NCBI GenBank assembly: GCA_046075485.1
Contig: JBJTQF010000371.1
Location: 29,217-93,216, forward strand
Length of the DNA stretch: 64,000 bases
Reading direction: 5' to 3'
From: Myxococcota bacterium
GTDB lineage: Bacteria; Myxococcota_A; UBA796; JAJRTE01; JBJTQF01
Shown here: in pieces, positions 1 to 11,604 of the stretch
How positions within the stretch are numbered: the first letter of the stretch is position 1
How the letters are laid out: each line of letters opens with the position of its first letter
Translations under genes and position numbers: made by a program
Notes under the pieces: generated by a model
The model's input: only the letters and a program-made list of their open reading frames with translations
Told to the model about the DNA's origin: nothing
Database searches by the model: none

Positions 1-249
1 AGTCCTCCACGGGTGTGAAGGACCAAACCCAGCCATCCATCCGGCGCATTTGAACGCTCAAGTCCAATACCTGTGCTTCCGTTGGGTGCAGAAGTCTGCG
101 CGACTGAGGGCTTTGAAGAGAGGGTCAAGACGCTACTCATGAGCAATACAATGCCCATACGTGCGTGAACGTGGATACGTTGTACACACGACGTATTCGA
201 CCACCAGTGCTGAAGGCCCTGACTCACGCAGACTCCAACAGCAAGAGGC

Positions 250-450
250 TTAGTTGCCCATCCGAATCTGCTCACTCTCTTCTACTTCTTGATAGAAGTC
301 AGGGGTACGTTCCCGTTCAATGACTTCACCTAAGCTCTCTTCAATGGCACGGGTGAGGTCCATGCAGCTTGGACCTTTCGCACACTTCACCTCAAAGGTG
401 ACAGAGCCATCAGGACGGATCACCACTTCAATTTCGTTCTTCAGCGCCAT
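250..450 (-). CDS. DUF2997 family small protein
   Basis: 66 aa with the pattern IEVVIRPDGSVTFEV..AKGPSCMDLT..IEESLG...ERT.DFY typical of DUF2997; overlaps the DUF1257 gene upstream. Confidence 0.85.
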   Translation of the reverse strand: MALKNEIEVVIRPDGSVTFEVKCAKGPSCMDLTRAIEESLGEVIERERTPDFYQEVEESEQIRMGN

Positions 451-836
451 GCGATCACCCTCAGACGAATGGTTCCATCGGCCTCAACTTGCTCTTCTTC
501 AACCGAATAACCCTGGTTCTCAGCCTGCGCTTTAACCTCATGATAGGCATAACGCTGGGTAATGCGCTGGAGAAAGGTCTCCTGCTTCAAACCATGCTCT
601 TCTAACGCCCACCAGTCCGCGATCAGCTCGTATTCACCAGAGGCCATACGACGCACGCCGATGTCGTACTGGGTACCGGTTTTGATGACCAGCTCTGCGA
701 GCTCTTCAGCCCCTTGCCAACCTCGAACTCGTACCATGCCCAGGGCTTCTTCGTACTCAATGCCCAAGTCTTCGAGTGCGGTCTTTAGAGAGACCAGATT
801 TTTAACAGTGGTCTTGACCCGTGAAAAGTGCGACAT
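441..836 (-). CDS. DUF1257 (Ycf35-like) protein
   Basis: Starts MSHFSRVKT; contains DIG, YELIADWW, QRYAY and GY.VEEE..ADG.IRL motifs; start set at ATG 836 (ORF track 854). Confidence 0.85.
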   Translation of the reverse strand: MSHFSRVKTTVKNLVSLKTALEDLGIEYEEALGMVRVRGWQGAEELAELVIKTGTQYDIGVRRMASGEYELIADWWALEEHGLKQETFLQRITQRYAYHEVKAQAENQGYSVEEEQVEADGTIRLRVIAWR

Positions 837-882
837 GAATGCCTCGCCTAACACATTAAAAAAATGAGCTTTTGTTGAAGGA

Positions 883-2427
<1,545 letters not shown>

Positions 2428-2680
2428 AGGTACGTCTTTCCGCCTGCGGGTAAGATCCACGTTGCGCTTCCGATGGGGTTGGCAGCATTCTCACTTCTGC
2501 GTCCCGCGTTCGCCTCTGAGCGCCAAGAGCACACCCCTCGGTCAATGTACGTTTACAGGCAAAGGACTGTCAAGATCGGATGTCGGTAAAAAGGAAGCAT
2601 GTGGAAAGATCAGGCGAGCCACCTTCTTTTCCAAGGGTGGATGCTTTAATATATTGCCGCACATTCAGGAGAGGTGAAAG

Positions 2681-3271
2681 ATGTTGCTCCATCTGCACAG
2701 CATAACCCCCCACAGCACGGTGAATGGGCCGGGACGACGCACCGTGCTCCATACCCAGGGCTGTAGCCTTGGCTGTAAGGGCTGCTTTAATCCCCTCACC
2801 CACACATTTGAGGGGGGCACTCCTTGGACGGTGGATGCGCTGGTTGAACATGTGCAACAGCTTGGCGACGAGGGGATTACCTGGAGTGGAGGGGAGCCAA
2901 CAGAGCAGATGGAGGTGGTTTTGGCCATGAGCCATCGGCTAAAAAAGCTTGGTTTTTCACAGGTTATGTTTTCAGGGCGAACGAAGGCGGAGATTGAAAC
3001 ACTCCCGGGTGGTGTCGAGCTGCTTCATCAACTGGATGTGCTGATCGACGGTCGTTATCAGGCTGAGCTGGGTCTACGCCGAGGGCTCCGAGGATCCGCC
3101 AATCAGAACGTGCATCTGCTCAGCGACCGCTATCCGGCTGAAGCACTGGAGCCCCCCGACAAACCCTCGTCTGTCGAGGTGCTGATTGCACCCGATGGCA
3201 CGGTGATGATGAGTGGTTTTCCAACCCCGCAGCTTGCCAGATCTGTTCGGAAGGCACTTGGACAAGCCTGA
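2681..3271 (+). CDS. NrdG-like radical SAM protein (4Fe-4S single cluster domain)
   Basis: NGPGRR..HTQGCSLGCKGCFN (CxxxCxxC), SGGEP, DVLIDGRY and LRGSANQ; GGAGAGG RBS upstream. Confidence 0.85.
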   Translation: MLLHLHSITPHSTVNGPGRRTVLHTQGCSLGCKGCFNPLTHTFEGGTPWTVDALVEHVQQLGDEGITWSGGEPTEQMEVVLAMSHRLKKLGFSQVMFSGRTKAEIETLPGGVELLHQLDVLIDGRYQAELGLRRGLRGSANQNVHLLSDRYPAEALEPPDKPSSVEVLIAPDGTVMMSGFPTPQLARSVRKALGQA

Positions 3272-3438
3272 GTTCGCACGAACGCCTCTCCACAGCTTCT
3301 TCATCACTTCATTCTGACAAGTTGCACACGGCAAAGAGCTTGTCCTCGAGCGGTCGGCACTCGCTCCAGCAACCTCTCATTACGCCCCCCAAGGACTCAC
3401 AGGTCACCCTGAAGGCCAGCCGATGTGCAGCTAAAGTA

Positions 3439-3468
3439 TTGACGCCTCACCAACCACATCCGTATAGT
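3439..3468 (+). promoter_or_regulatory. sigma70-like promoter
   Basis: TTGACG-N18-TATAGT. Confidence 0.4.
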
Positions 3469-3763
3469 GATGTCGCCTTGATGAAGAGGGCTCATGTCTC
3501 CATGGCGGGCCTCGGGCAGTGCTCGATCCACTTTCACCAAGTGCCTGAAAGAAGTCTGCACCTGTGAGTACGTACCTGCGCATTCTGTGTCCATACGATG
3601 CGCGTCACATTCGTACACTCACCTGCATAGATGAGCGCATCCGTGCCTGCGCGCGGATACTCATAGCCATACGCACATGAGGCATGCGTGCAGCTCCAAG
3701 TACTTCGGATGCCACGGAAGAGTGCTCCGCTGCTGTTCAACCTTACTGATATGGAATCTCACA

Positions 3764-5725
3764 ATGTCTTCGAATGAAATCGACAGTTGGGGGCCTCTCC
3801 TCAGCCCTGTTTCAAACAGCTCATCAGCGCTTGCGCATTTCGATTGTTTGGAGGACACCGAGAAGCTGCTCCATGCCTTGGAACAGAGTACACATCAGGC
3901 TCCCCCTGCCCTGCTGCTGGAGCTTCTGCCTCGGATGCAAGCCCCACCGGAAGACTTCCTGCTCTCCCCGATGTCGGCGCGTGTTGGCGCGCTCGGCGTG
4001 CAAGCTGGCTGTCTCTTTACCCAGCATGAGCTTTCATTACGGGTGCCAGCACCGGCCAGTGATGATCCCGAGACGCCTATGCCAGAGGGTATCATTCGTC
4101 CCACCTGGAACAATGGCTTTCTCACAGAACCCCGCTACTTTTCGTTTGGAGGGGATGCCATTCTCCAGACCTACCATCCGAATCATCGACGGCAGTGGCG
4201 CCCCCACGAGGTCTTGCATGCACTGACGGGCTTCTTCTGGTCTCCTCGGCAGACACGATTTGAGGTCTATCTGGGTGCCCGTCTGAATGAGCTGCTGCCT
4301 GTGATTCACTGGTATGGATGGGATCTGATGTACCGATCTATGCTGTCTCCTGAGCTGACGATACGACGTTATCTGAAGCGTTTTCAAGCGTATGAAGTGT
4401 ACACCACTCCCTACTGGAAGCGGCATGAGCCACACGAGCAGCGGCAGGAGATGGAGCAGCAGCTCTTACGCACTCTCAAGCACTGGTCTACCGAGTGGAA
4501 GGCCATTCAGTACGAGCTTCAGACCGGACGCATGCGGGAGACACCACGGGGGGCTCTGAATGCCAGCTCAGATGCCGTGGGTTATCTGTTGGGACATTGG
4601 AATCGCTTGACGTCCTTCGCCTTCGGACAGTGGGTGGAGCAGTTCCTGATTTCAGGTGTCGATTATGCTCCGAGTCTTGAGGCACTGACACGACATGTTT
4701 ATGGCCTACATCAACGGCTGTTTACGGAGAATATTCGGCTGGATGGTGCGGAGCAGGCAGTGAAACAGCTTCGGCGGCGTGTTCTGGATGCAGGAAAACG
4801 ACTGTGCCAAGCGTTGAACCATTATGAGCCAGAGAGTCAGAAGTTTAAGCGGGCGTATAAGGCGGTCAGTCCCCTGATGGAGTCTCTTGCAAAAGCAGGT
4901 CATGCACTGCATCATCATCCGACGACAGAGACCATGAAGGAGGCGCAACAGCAGCTCCAGCGGCTGGAAGAAGAGAGTGGGGGCTGGCTGAAGCTGTTTT
5001 CAGCGGACGTTGTCAAGTCGCTGCCCTGCCAGGGTCTGCGGCATCATCCTCTCAGACCCGCACAGGTCCACTTTTTGGTCGAAGGACTTGGAAGTGCCAT
5101 GCGCTGCTCAGATGCGACGCCGCTCCGTAAGCTCACGTCAGAACAGCTTTATCAGTTTACGGAGAGTGAATACTTTCAGAGAGGATTGCCCCTCCTGGCC
5201 CGATGGGAGCAGTGGGTTAAGCAGCTACCACAGCCGCCAGACTCTCAACAGCACTGGCGTTTGCAATGGGATGTCTGGCTGCAAAAGGCCGAAGGGCGGG
5301 ACGTAGAGGCAGAGCGATTTTCCGTGATGCCCGAGGAGGATGATAAGGCACAGCTTCATTTAGAAGATATTCGCCTGAACAAGACAGCTCAGCAGGCATC
5401 CTTTCCTCTGTGGCTGGTGAATGAGCAGCTTGGTGTCCCCATGCAACGGCGGGAGATGCTGGCGGCTGCTTCAACACTTCAACCAGCAGTCGCCTTTTCC
5501 TTTGATGGTGAGCTGAAGATGATGCCGCTGAAAATGACATCTCTGGAGATCTTGGCAGTCGTGAGACGTCGGAAACACAAGCGCGTGTTCGTGTCAGACA
5601 TCGAGCGACAGAAATGGGTGACAGAGCACTGGGATTTATTGGCGGAGCTGCTGGAAGTCGGTGTACTCATTTGGCAGCCTCTGCCCTCTCGAGCGTCTGC
5701 TCTGGCCGCTCCCTCCTCCACATGA
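3764..5725 (+). CDS. Hypothetical protein with a HExxH motif
   Basis: Long open frame; HPNHRRQWRPHEVLH motif; start set at ATG 3764 (ORF track 3677). Confidence 0.7.
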   Translation: MSSNEIDSWGPLLSPVSNSSSALAHFDCLEDTEKLLHALEQSTHQAPPALLLELLPRMQAPPEDFLLSPMSARVGALGVQAGCLFTQHELSLRVPAPASDDPETPMPEGIIRPTWNNGFLTEPRYFSFGGDAILQTYHPNHRRQWRPHEVLHALTGFFWSPRQTRFEVYLGARLNELLPVIHWYGWDLMYRSMLSPELTIRRYLKRFQAYEVYTTPYWKRHEPHEQRQEMEQQLLRTLKHWSTEWKAIQYELQTGRMRETPRGALNASSDAVGYLLGHWNRLTSFAFGQWVEQFLISGVDYAPSLEALTRHVYGLHQRLFTENIRLDGAEQAVKQLRRRVLDAGKRLCQALNHYEPESQKFKRAYKAVSPLMESLAKAGHALHHHPTTETMKEAQQQLQRLEEESGGWLKLFSADVVKSLPCQGLRHHPLRPAQVHFLVEGLGSAMRCSDATPLRKLTSEQLYQFTESEYFQRGLPLLARWEQWVKQLPQPPDSQQHWRLQWDVWLQKAEGRDVEAERFSVMPEEDDKAQLHLEDIRLNKTAQQASFPLWLVNEQLGVPMQRREMLAAASTLQPAVAFSFDGELKMMPLKMTSLEILAVVRRRKHKRVFVSDIERQKWVTEHWDLLAELLEVGVLIWQPLPSRASALAAPSST

Positions 5726-5768
5726 TGACGACCGCTTTTGTGCTATGAGCTTACCCCTTTGCGTGAGC

Positions 5769-7139
5769 TCATGGTTCGGTCTTCTTCTTTTCGATGCGGG
5801 ATGTATCACCGGCTCCTGACCATGATGTTTTGGTGCTGCGTGCATAGGCTTCCGCCTTTTCCATGACCCTCAAGAAGTTCTCACCCAAGATTTTGAGCAC
5901 GTCTTGCTCAGAGTATCCACGCTGAAACAGGGCGAGGGTGATGTTTGGGAGTAGCTCGACACGCTCTATGCCCTGGGGCAACAAGGGCACGCCGTCGAAG
6001 TCCGACCCTAAGCCAACATGATCCACACCAGCGACCTTTGTAATGTGATCGATGTGATCGATCAAGACCGAAAGTGAGGTGGCCGGAATCGGATGCGCTT
6101 CGTACAACTTCTGCCGTGCTTGCCAATATCCACGTCGGTCAAGTTTGTACTGCTCACGCAGCGCCTCTAGCTGAGGTTTGAGCTGGGTTGAGCGCTCCTT
6201 TTCGGCAGCAATTGCCACAGGATCGATGTAGAGGTTGTAAAAGTTTACCATGACAATGCCGCCATTTTGTTGAACTGCCTTGAGCATTTCATCTGACATA
6301 TTTCGAGGGTGATCTGCAATGGCACGAGCCGAAGAGTGGGATGCAATGACTGGCGCTTTGGCGATACGTATGACATCAAAGAAGGCTTCGTCTGAGATAT
6401 GAGAGACATCCACCAGCATGCCGAGACGTTGCATCTCCAGCACCACTTTTTCGCCAAAGTTTGAAAGTCCGCCATGCTTGGCGACAGCACCATCTCCCGT
6501 GCCCGCAGAGTCGCACCAATCGTTTGTATTGGAATGGGTTAAGGTCATATAACGAATACCGAGTCGATGGAATGAACGGAGGGTAAAGAGGGAGTTCTCA
6601 ATGGCATGTCCACCTTCGATGCCCATCAGGATGGCAATCTTCCCCTTCTTTTTGGCCGCACGGATCTCTTGGGCGGTGGTCGCAAGGGTGAGCTTATCAG
6701 CATGCCGTTCGACCTGCTGATAGGTGATATCGATCATATCGAGGGCGCGTGAAGCACTGCCACTGCCCATCCGAACTGGATCCTCTGCATACTCTCGCGA
6801 CACATAGATTGAAAAGAACTCGGCGGAGAGCCCACCTTTGAGCATGCCGGGCAGGTCGGTGTGCGTCTTTCCAGTGGGTGTATTGAGATCAAATCCTTCA
6901 TCGAGAATGGCGGAGGTGATATCATTGTGGGTATCGATCACAATGGCGCGTTTGTGGAGGGCCTGAGCTCGCTCTACCAGCTTTGGATCGGCAGAGGGTA
7001 GGGGATTGGATTGTGCATGGGCGCTCCAATTCAGCGTCAGGGAGAACAGCATGGAGGTCGCCCAGGGGGCGAGCTGGTGCCAGCGCCGGTTGTTCTTGCG
7101 TGCGGGGGAGCGTGTGAGCTGCTCGAGGATGGTTTCCAT
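5769..7139 (-). CDS. Membrane dipeptidase (peptidase M19), exported
   Basis: DTHND, GIEGGH, TLTH, DVSH, ASHSS and GSDFDG motifs; N-terminal signal ending AHA. Confidence 0.92.
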   Translation of the reverse strand: METILEQLTRSPARKNNRRWHQLAPWATSMLFSLTLNWSAHAQSNPLPSADPKLVERAQALHKRAIVIDTHNDITSAILDEGFDLNTPTGKTHTDLPGMLKGGLSAEFFSIYVSREYAEDPVRMGSGSASRALDMIDITYQQVERHADKLTLATTAQEIRAAKKKGKIAILMGIEGGHAIENSLFTLRSFHRLGIRYMTLTHSNTNDWCDSAGTGDGAVAKHGGLSNFGEKVVLEMQRLGMLVDVSHISDEAFFDVIRIAKAPVIASHSSARAIADHPRNMSDEMLKAVQQNGGIVMVNFYNLYIDPVAIAAEKERSTQLKPQLEALREQYKLDRRGYWQARQKLYEAHPIPATSLSVLIDHIDHITKVAGVDHVGLGSDFDGVPLLPQGIERVELLPNITLALFQRGYSEQDVLKILGENFLRVMEKAEAYARSTKTSWSGAGDTSRIEKKKTEP

Positions 7140-7294
7140 CCAGGGACTCCTTCATGCCGGAGGTGAATGTTGAGGGTCTCCCGCTGGAAATGGAGCACGG
7201 GTGCGCTCCAGGCTTGCACAGATGGGCCCATTTTTTTTAGACTGTCACAGCAGTCTTATCATATCAGAGCCGACACGGGCCAGAAAGAATCGAG

Positions 7295-8359
7295 GTGTTC
7301 ATGCGTGCATGGTTTCGGAAGTTTCGCCCAGTGGATCTGCTGCCGATGTTGTTTGTTGTGACCGTCGGTGGGCTGTCTCTGTGGGTGGATCGACCCTTTT
7401 ACGTGGATCGAGAAGCACTTGGGGCCTGGGCGATCTTTACCGCGTTATGGGTGTTGATCGTGGCATTGCCTACATTTGTGCGCTTTGACAGCTCCTTTTG
7501 GTCTGCGCGCTATCAGAACTTACCCGGACATGTGCTCCTGATCGTCTTGGGCGTTCTGTTTGTGTTCCTCAACTCGTGGAAAGGACTCTTTGACCCTGTG
7601 GCTTTGACGGTCTTGGGCGTTTTGGCTTTTTTGATCTATGGCCTTCAAAAACGCAAGGCACAGTTTCATGCCAAAACATTCTTGTATGCATGGTCACCGG
7701 TCATTCTTTCCTTCTTTATGTATCAGAATCTGCGATGGTTTGTATCAAATTTGAACCCAAATGTGATGGATTCCTTCCTCGCGGAGCTGGACTTGATGCT
7801 CTTTGGAGTGCATCTGACGCTCATTTCGGAGCAGTATCAGACGCCCTTTTTATCCGATTGGTTCAGCTTCCACTATGGCGCATATGTGCTCTACCCACTG
7901 CTGACAGGATTGCTGTTCTTTTATGAAGAGAGGCGAGAAGCGTTTGAGGACTTTGCACTGGGATTTGGTCTCTGCATGTACTTGGGATTTGTGGGTTATG
8001 TCTGCATTCCGGCAGTGGGACCGATCTCCGGTCTGCTGGATCTTTACTCAACCCCCACGGTTCCGGGCAGTGATCTGAGTGCATTTCGTGAGGCGGTGGT
8101 GGAGAAGTATCGATACATCCGCGATGCGTTTCCGTCGCTGCACACCGCCAATTCGCTCTTTTGTGTGCTGCTGATTCGGCGACACTATCCACGCTTATTC
8201 TGGGTGGCGCTGTTTTTTGAGGTCAATCTCTTGTTGTCCACCATCTATCTGCGCATGCATTACACGGTGGATGTGGTGGCCGGGGCGCTGCTGGCACTGC
8301 TCGCCTTGTGGCTGGCACCTCGCATCAACCGAGCTGCTGGTGTTCCTCATCCGGCGTGA
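7295..8359 (+). CDS. PAP2-superfamily membrane enzyme, Aur1/IPC-synthase-like
   Basis: Multiple TM helices; PAVGP, AFPSLH and R.HYTVD motifs. Confidence 0.8.
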   Translation: MFMRAWFRKFRPVDLLPMLFVVTVGGLSLWVDRPFYVDREALGAWAIFTALWVLIVALPTFVRFDSSFWSARYQNLPGHVLLIVLGVLFVFLNSWKGLFDPVALTVLGVLAFLIYGLQKRKAQFHAKTFLYAWSPVILSFFMYQNLRWFVSNLNPNVMDSFLAELDLMLFGVHLTLISEQYQTPFLSDWFSFHYGAYVLYPLLTGLLFFYEERREAFEDFALGFGLCMYLGFVGYVCIPAVGPISGLLDLYSTPTVPGSDLSAFREAVVEKYRYIRDAFPSLHTANSLFCVLLIRRHYPRLFWVALFFEVNLLLSTIYLRMHYTVDVVAGALLALLALWLAPRINRAAGVPHPA

Positions 8360-8540
8360 GGCGAGCATGTGGATCACCCCCCTTCGGCACGTCTCCTGAC
8401 GCCGTTTAATTGTCAAATTCAGGCAAGACGCATTTCGTCCTTCACAGATTTGAATCTTCTGGCATCCTCTCTTCATTCTCTTACACTATCCGCAACTTCC
8501 CCTGCGGTGTTATGAATCATTTGGACACGTTGGACGGAGC

Positions 8541-9959
8541 ATGATCATGTACGCTCAGACCGATGCCGTCGGCCAGCAGCTTCAACGGTTACGGGCGCAA
8601 GCCATCGCTCAGCGCCTGTCGGGACCGCTGGAGGGTTGGTCAGCCGAGCTCCAAGCCCTTGAGTCATCGCTGGATCGCCTGCTGGTGACCCTGCTTGAGC
8701 CGCTGCTCAGTCAGGAGCGGCTGCAAACGTGGCGCTCCTTTTCGACCCAACGCCTTGAGCTGGAGCCCGAGCTGAGGCTGGATCGGCTGATCATGCAGCT
8801 CCAGGATGCGCTTCAGTTGGAGGAGAGCCTCCGGCTGATGTCTGCTGCTCCCCGCGAAACGGAGGGCACTTCGCACCCTCGCCGCCCCCGCACACTGGAG
8901 CTGGTGCGCGAGAAAGCCGAGGAATCACAGACATTTACCCTGCCTGACAGCCTACATTTGACCCTGGCGTTGGATCTGATTCCGTGGGTCTTAGGGCGCG
9001 ATGAGGAGCTTCAAGCCCTGCTCGAGCGTCTGCGGCAAAATATCTTTCGTGAGCACGGGGTTAAGCTGCCCGCCATTCGTTTGAGCGACGCCAGCACACT
9101 TCCGCCGGGCACGTACAAGCTGGAAATCCGGGGAGAAGAAGCCGCGCGGGGCAAGCTCCGGGGGCTGGAATGTATGGTGCTCGATGCACCACCGGATGCG
9201 TTTGAGGGTGTGGCTGGTCATGAGCCCGCCTTTCATATGCCCGGTATTTGGATTCAGCCTTCTCTGCGGGAAGTGGCGCGCTCCGAGGGATATACCGTGC
9301 TGACGCCGGTTGACATGTTTTTGGCACACTTGACAGAGGTGGTGCGTACCCGTCTCCATGAGCTCTTTGGTGCCGCGCAGCTCCATCAGGATCTGAGCCT
9401 GTTGGAGCGTCGTTTGCCGGGATTGATTGCCACGCTGCGGAGGCAAGGCCCCGGTGAAGGACAAGTCTTGCGGGTCTTGCGGATGTTGTTGGAGGAAGGG
9501 CTCAGCATCCGAGATCTGGAGACGATCTTTGAGGCCCTGCTGGAGCTGGGGGGAGCGGCGCTGCCCGCCGAAGTCATGACCGCTCATGTGCGTCGTGCGC
9601 TGAGGCGACATATCAGCGCCCGGTTTGTGGACGATGAGGGACTGCTCCATACCTTCGTTCTGGCAGCGGATTTAGAAGGGCGACTTTTGGCAACGGTACA
9701 AGATGAGCGGACGCATGAGCTGAGCCCGGAGCTGAAGGCACGCCTGATGAAGGTGGTCCAGCAGCAGCTCGAGCGGTGGAATCATCCGGTCCCACCGGTG
9801 CTGGTGGTGCCAGATCCGCTTCGTTTTACCCTGCGCCGGGCCCTCACCTCTCTGATCCGAGTGCTTCCGGTCCTGGCGGTGGGAGAGCTGGTCTCAGAGG
9901 TCAAAATTCAGCACTGCGGCGAGCTGTCGGTGCCGGTACACCTCGAGCGGGTGATGTAA
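8541..9959 (+). CDS. FHIPEP family protein (FlhA/SctV cytoplasmic domain only)
   Basis: GVKLPAIRL.D, EPAF.MPGIWI, GYTV, VLRMLLEEGLSIRDLETI.EAL and VRRAL motifs; no TM segments. Confidence 0.85.
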   Translation: MIMYAQTDAVGQQLQRLRAQAIAQRLSGPLEGWSAELQALESSLDRLLVTLLEPLLSQERLQTWRSFSTQRLELEPELRLDRLIMQLQDALQLEESLRLMSAAPRETEGTSHPRRPRTLELVREKAEESQTFTLPDSLHLTLALDLIPWVLGRDEELQALLERLRQNIFREHGVKLPAIRLSDASTLPPGTYKLEIRGEEAARGKLRGLECMVLDAPPDAFEGVAGHEPAFHMPGIWIQPSLREVARSEGYTVLTPVDMFLAHLTEVVRTRLHELFGAAQLHQDLSLLERRLPGLIATLRRQGPGEGQVLRVLRMLLEEGLSIRDLETIFEALLELGGAALPAEVMTAHVRRALRRHISARFVDDEGLLHTFVLAADLEGRLLATVQDERTHELSPELKARLMKVVQQQLERWNHPVPPVLVVPDPLRFTLRRALTSLIRVLPVLAVGELVSEVKIQHCGELSVPVHLERVM

Positions 9960-10013
9960 CAGCCCCACAGAGTATCCTCCGTTAGATCGCATCTCACGCG
10001 GAGCTGCGTCGCC

Positions 10014-10775
10014 TTACTCCGAAGACTCAGGAGCGGAGAGGGTGACAGCGCAGTGTCCTTCCCCGTCAATGTGGCCCAAGGACTGGGTCAGGAATGAGAC
10101 AAATTGCCAAAGGTTGGCCACCTCTGAATATCGGCCTACGTCGTAGCCAAGCTGGGCCAATGAGACGGCTTCAAGCTCCGCCTGGGTCAGCGTTCCGTCG
10201 AGATCCGCATCGGCGTTGAGCAAGGGCTCGCCTCGCACGGCGGCTGCTGGATCCTCCAGGGAGTCGTAAAAGAGATGGTCTCCATGCACGGTGAGCTGGG
10301 TTTCCGCTTCCCCATTGGCCGGAATGACCAAGTTTTCGGGCTCACACAGGTACGTGGTCACGGGCTCAAAACGCCAGGCAAACGACGCCGAGCGCTGCCC
10401 ACATTGAAGGACCCCGGCCACCTCGAGGGCCCCCGGATCGTCGCCGCTGACCGGTCCCGTCACCACCTTGACCACTGGATATCGACCCGCTGGCTGTTGT
10501 ACGGTTACGAGCGGCTGAGGCGCTTGCTCCACAAGCTGAAGCCGGGAGTTGAGGGTCTGTGTGGTCAGTGCCTCCCCGTTGCCATCGAGCAGCGAGATCG
10601 ACTGAATGGGGATTCGGAAATCGCTGAAGGTCACCGAGCAGCCGTCATCAAACACCTCACTGGGAATGCCGGTGGCGATATATTCTTCGCCCCAGACGTT
10701 GAGGTTCCAAGTGCCCTCGGCGCAAGCGACGAGCAGCAAGGCAAGGGGGAAGAGGGCGATGTGTCTCCGTTGCAT
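10014..10775 (-). CDS. Hypothetical lipoprotein with His/Cys motifs
   Basis: Lipobox LVAC; WGEEYI..GIP...F.DG, TVHGDHLFYD and C-terminal GHIDGEGHC; start coupled to the upstream stop. Confidence 0.7.
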   Translation of the reverse strand: MQRRHIALFPLALLLVACAEGTWNLNVWGEEYIATGIPSEVFDDGCSVTFSDFRIPIQSISLLDGNGEALTTQTLNSRLQLVEQAPQPLVTVQQPAGRYPVVKVVTGPVSGDDPGALEVAGVLQCGQRSASFAWRFEPVTTYLCEPENLVIPANGEAETQLTVHGDHLFYDSLEDPAAAVRGEPLLNADADLDGTLTQAELEAVSLAQLGYDVGRYSEVANLWQFVSFLTQSLGHIDGEGHCAVTLSAPESSE

Positions 10776-10776
10776 A

Positions 10777-11502
10777 TCATTCTCCAATGGACCAGGTGAT
10801 GCGGTAACTCGGGGTGGCTGATACCCCAAAAACCAAAGGATTATAAACACTTGGATCATCCAGGGTCAGCACTCCATCCTGGTTTTCATCCCCCGCGCTC
10901 CAGTCCAAAAACGACAGCATGTGGGCAAGATCGAGCTCCAATTTAAGATGAGCGGCTTGGCTGTCCGGCAAAATCTCTTGCTCAAATGGAATGCCATGAA
11001 CTTCGTACTCCAGGCTGAGGGCCAGCGTCACCGGGAGGCTCTTGCCCTCGTACTCCCGCACGCCCACGAGGGTAAGGATGGGCCCCTGCGTCTCACCAGG
11101 AAGATGAAGCTGAGCGGTGGCAAATTGCCCGGTGTAGAGTTGAGCCTGTCCCAGGGTCGTGGGCTCCCCCAGCAGATCCAGGGTATAAGTACCCAGCAGC
11201 TCCCCCGCGACGTTGCCAGAGAACTCGTGGCCGGGATGCGCCAGCGCCAGCGCCGGTTGAAGCGGATTCCAGCGCAGCGCCTGATTTTCCACTGGACGCT
11301 CTAAACGCAGATCCGCCAGCGTCAGACGGGCCTCCTGGAGCTCCAAGCTGCTCCCATCCGCTAAGAGCAAGGGGGTTTGCTCAAGTGGCTGAAAGATCAC
11401 CGGTATGGAGAGCAACACCGGGCTCTCCTCCACACATGCCCAGGGCAGGCACAGGCAGCTCGTGAGCACACACAGGATCCGCCATTTTTGAGTCGAGGAC
11501 AT
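10777..11502 (-). CDS. Hypothetical lipoprotein with an AHPGH motif
   Basis: Signal peptide ending WAC; ALAHPGH motif; DENQDG loop. Confidence 0.7.
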   Translation of the reverse strand: MSSTQKWRILCVLTSCLCLPWACVEESPVLLSIPVIFQPLEQTPLLLADGSSLELQEARLTLADLRLERPVENQALRWNPLQPALALAHPGHEFSGNVAGELLGTYTLDLLGEPTTLGQAQLYTGQFATAQLHLPGETQGPILTLVGVREYEGKSLPVTLALSLEYEVHGIPFEQEILPDSQAAHLKLELDLAHMLSFLDWSAGDENQDGVLTLDDPSVYNPLVFGVSATPSYRITWSIGE

Positions 11503-11604
11503 CGTAAGCTCCTCAGTTCATGCTATTTTCAGCCACTTCGTCGCTCTCGATGAGCGCATGTCACCAGATGTCATATCGCCGAGAGCCGCTGTGCTTCGGC
11601 AGCC

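Noticed and set aside
2681-3271. Calling this gene nrdG
   Set aside because: No nrdD in the window and the context differs, so the symbol was withheld
8541-9959. Calling this gene flhA or inferring a flagellar/T3SS locus
   Set aside because: It lacks the TM domain and has no neighbouring export-apparatus genes
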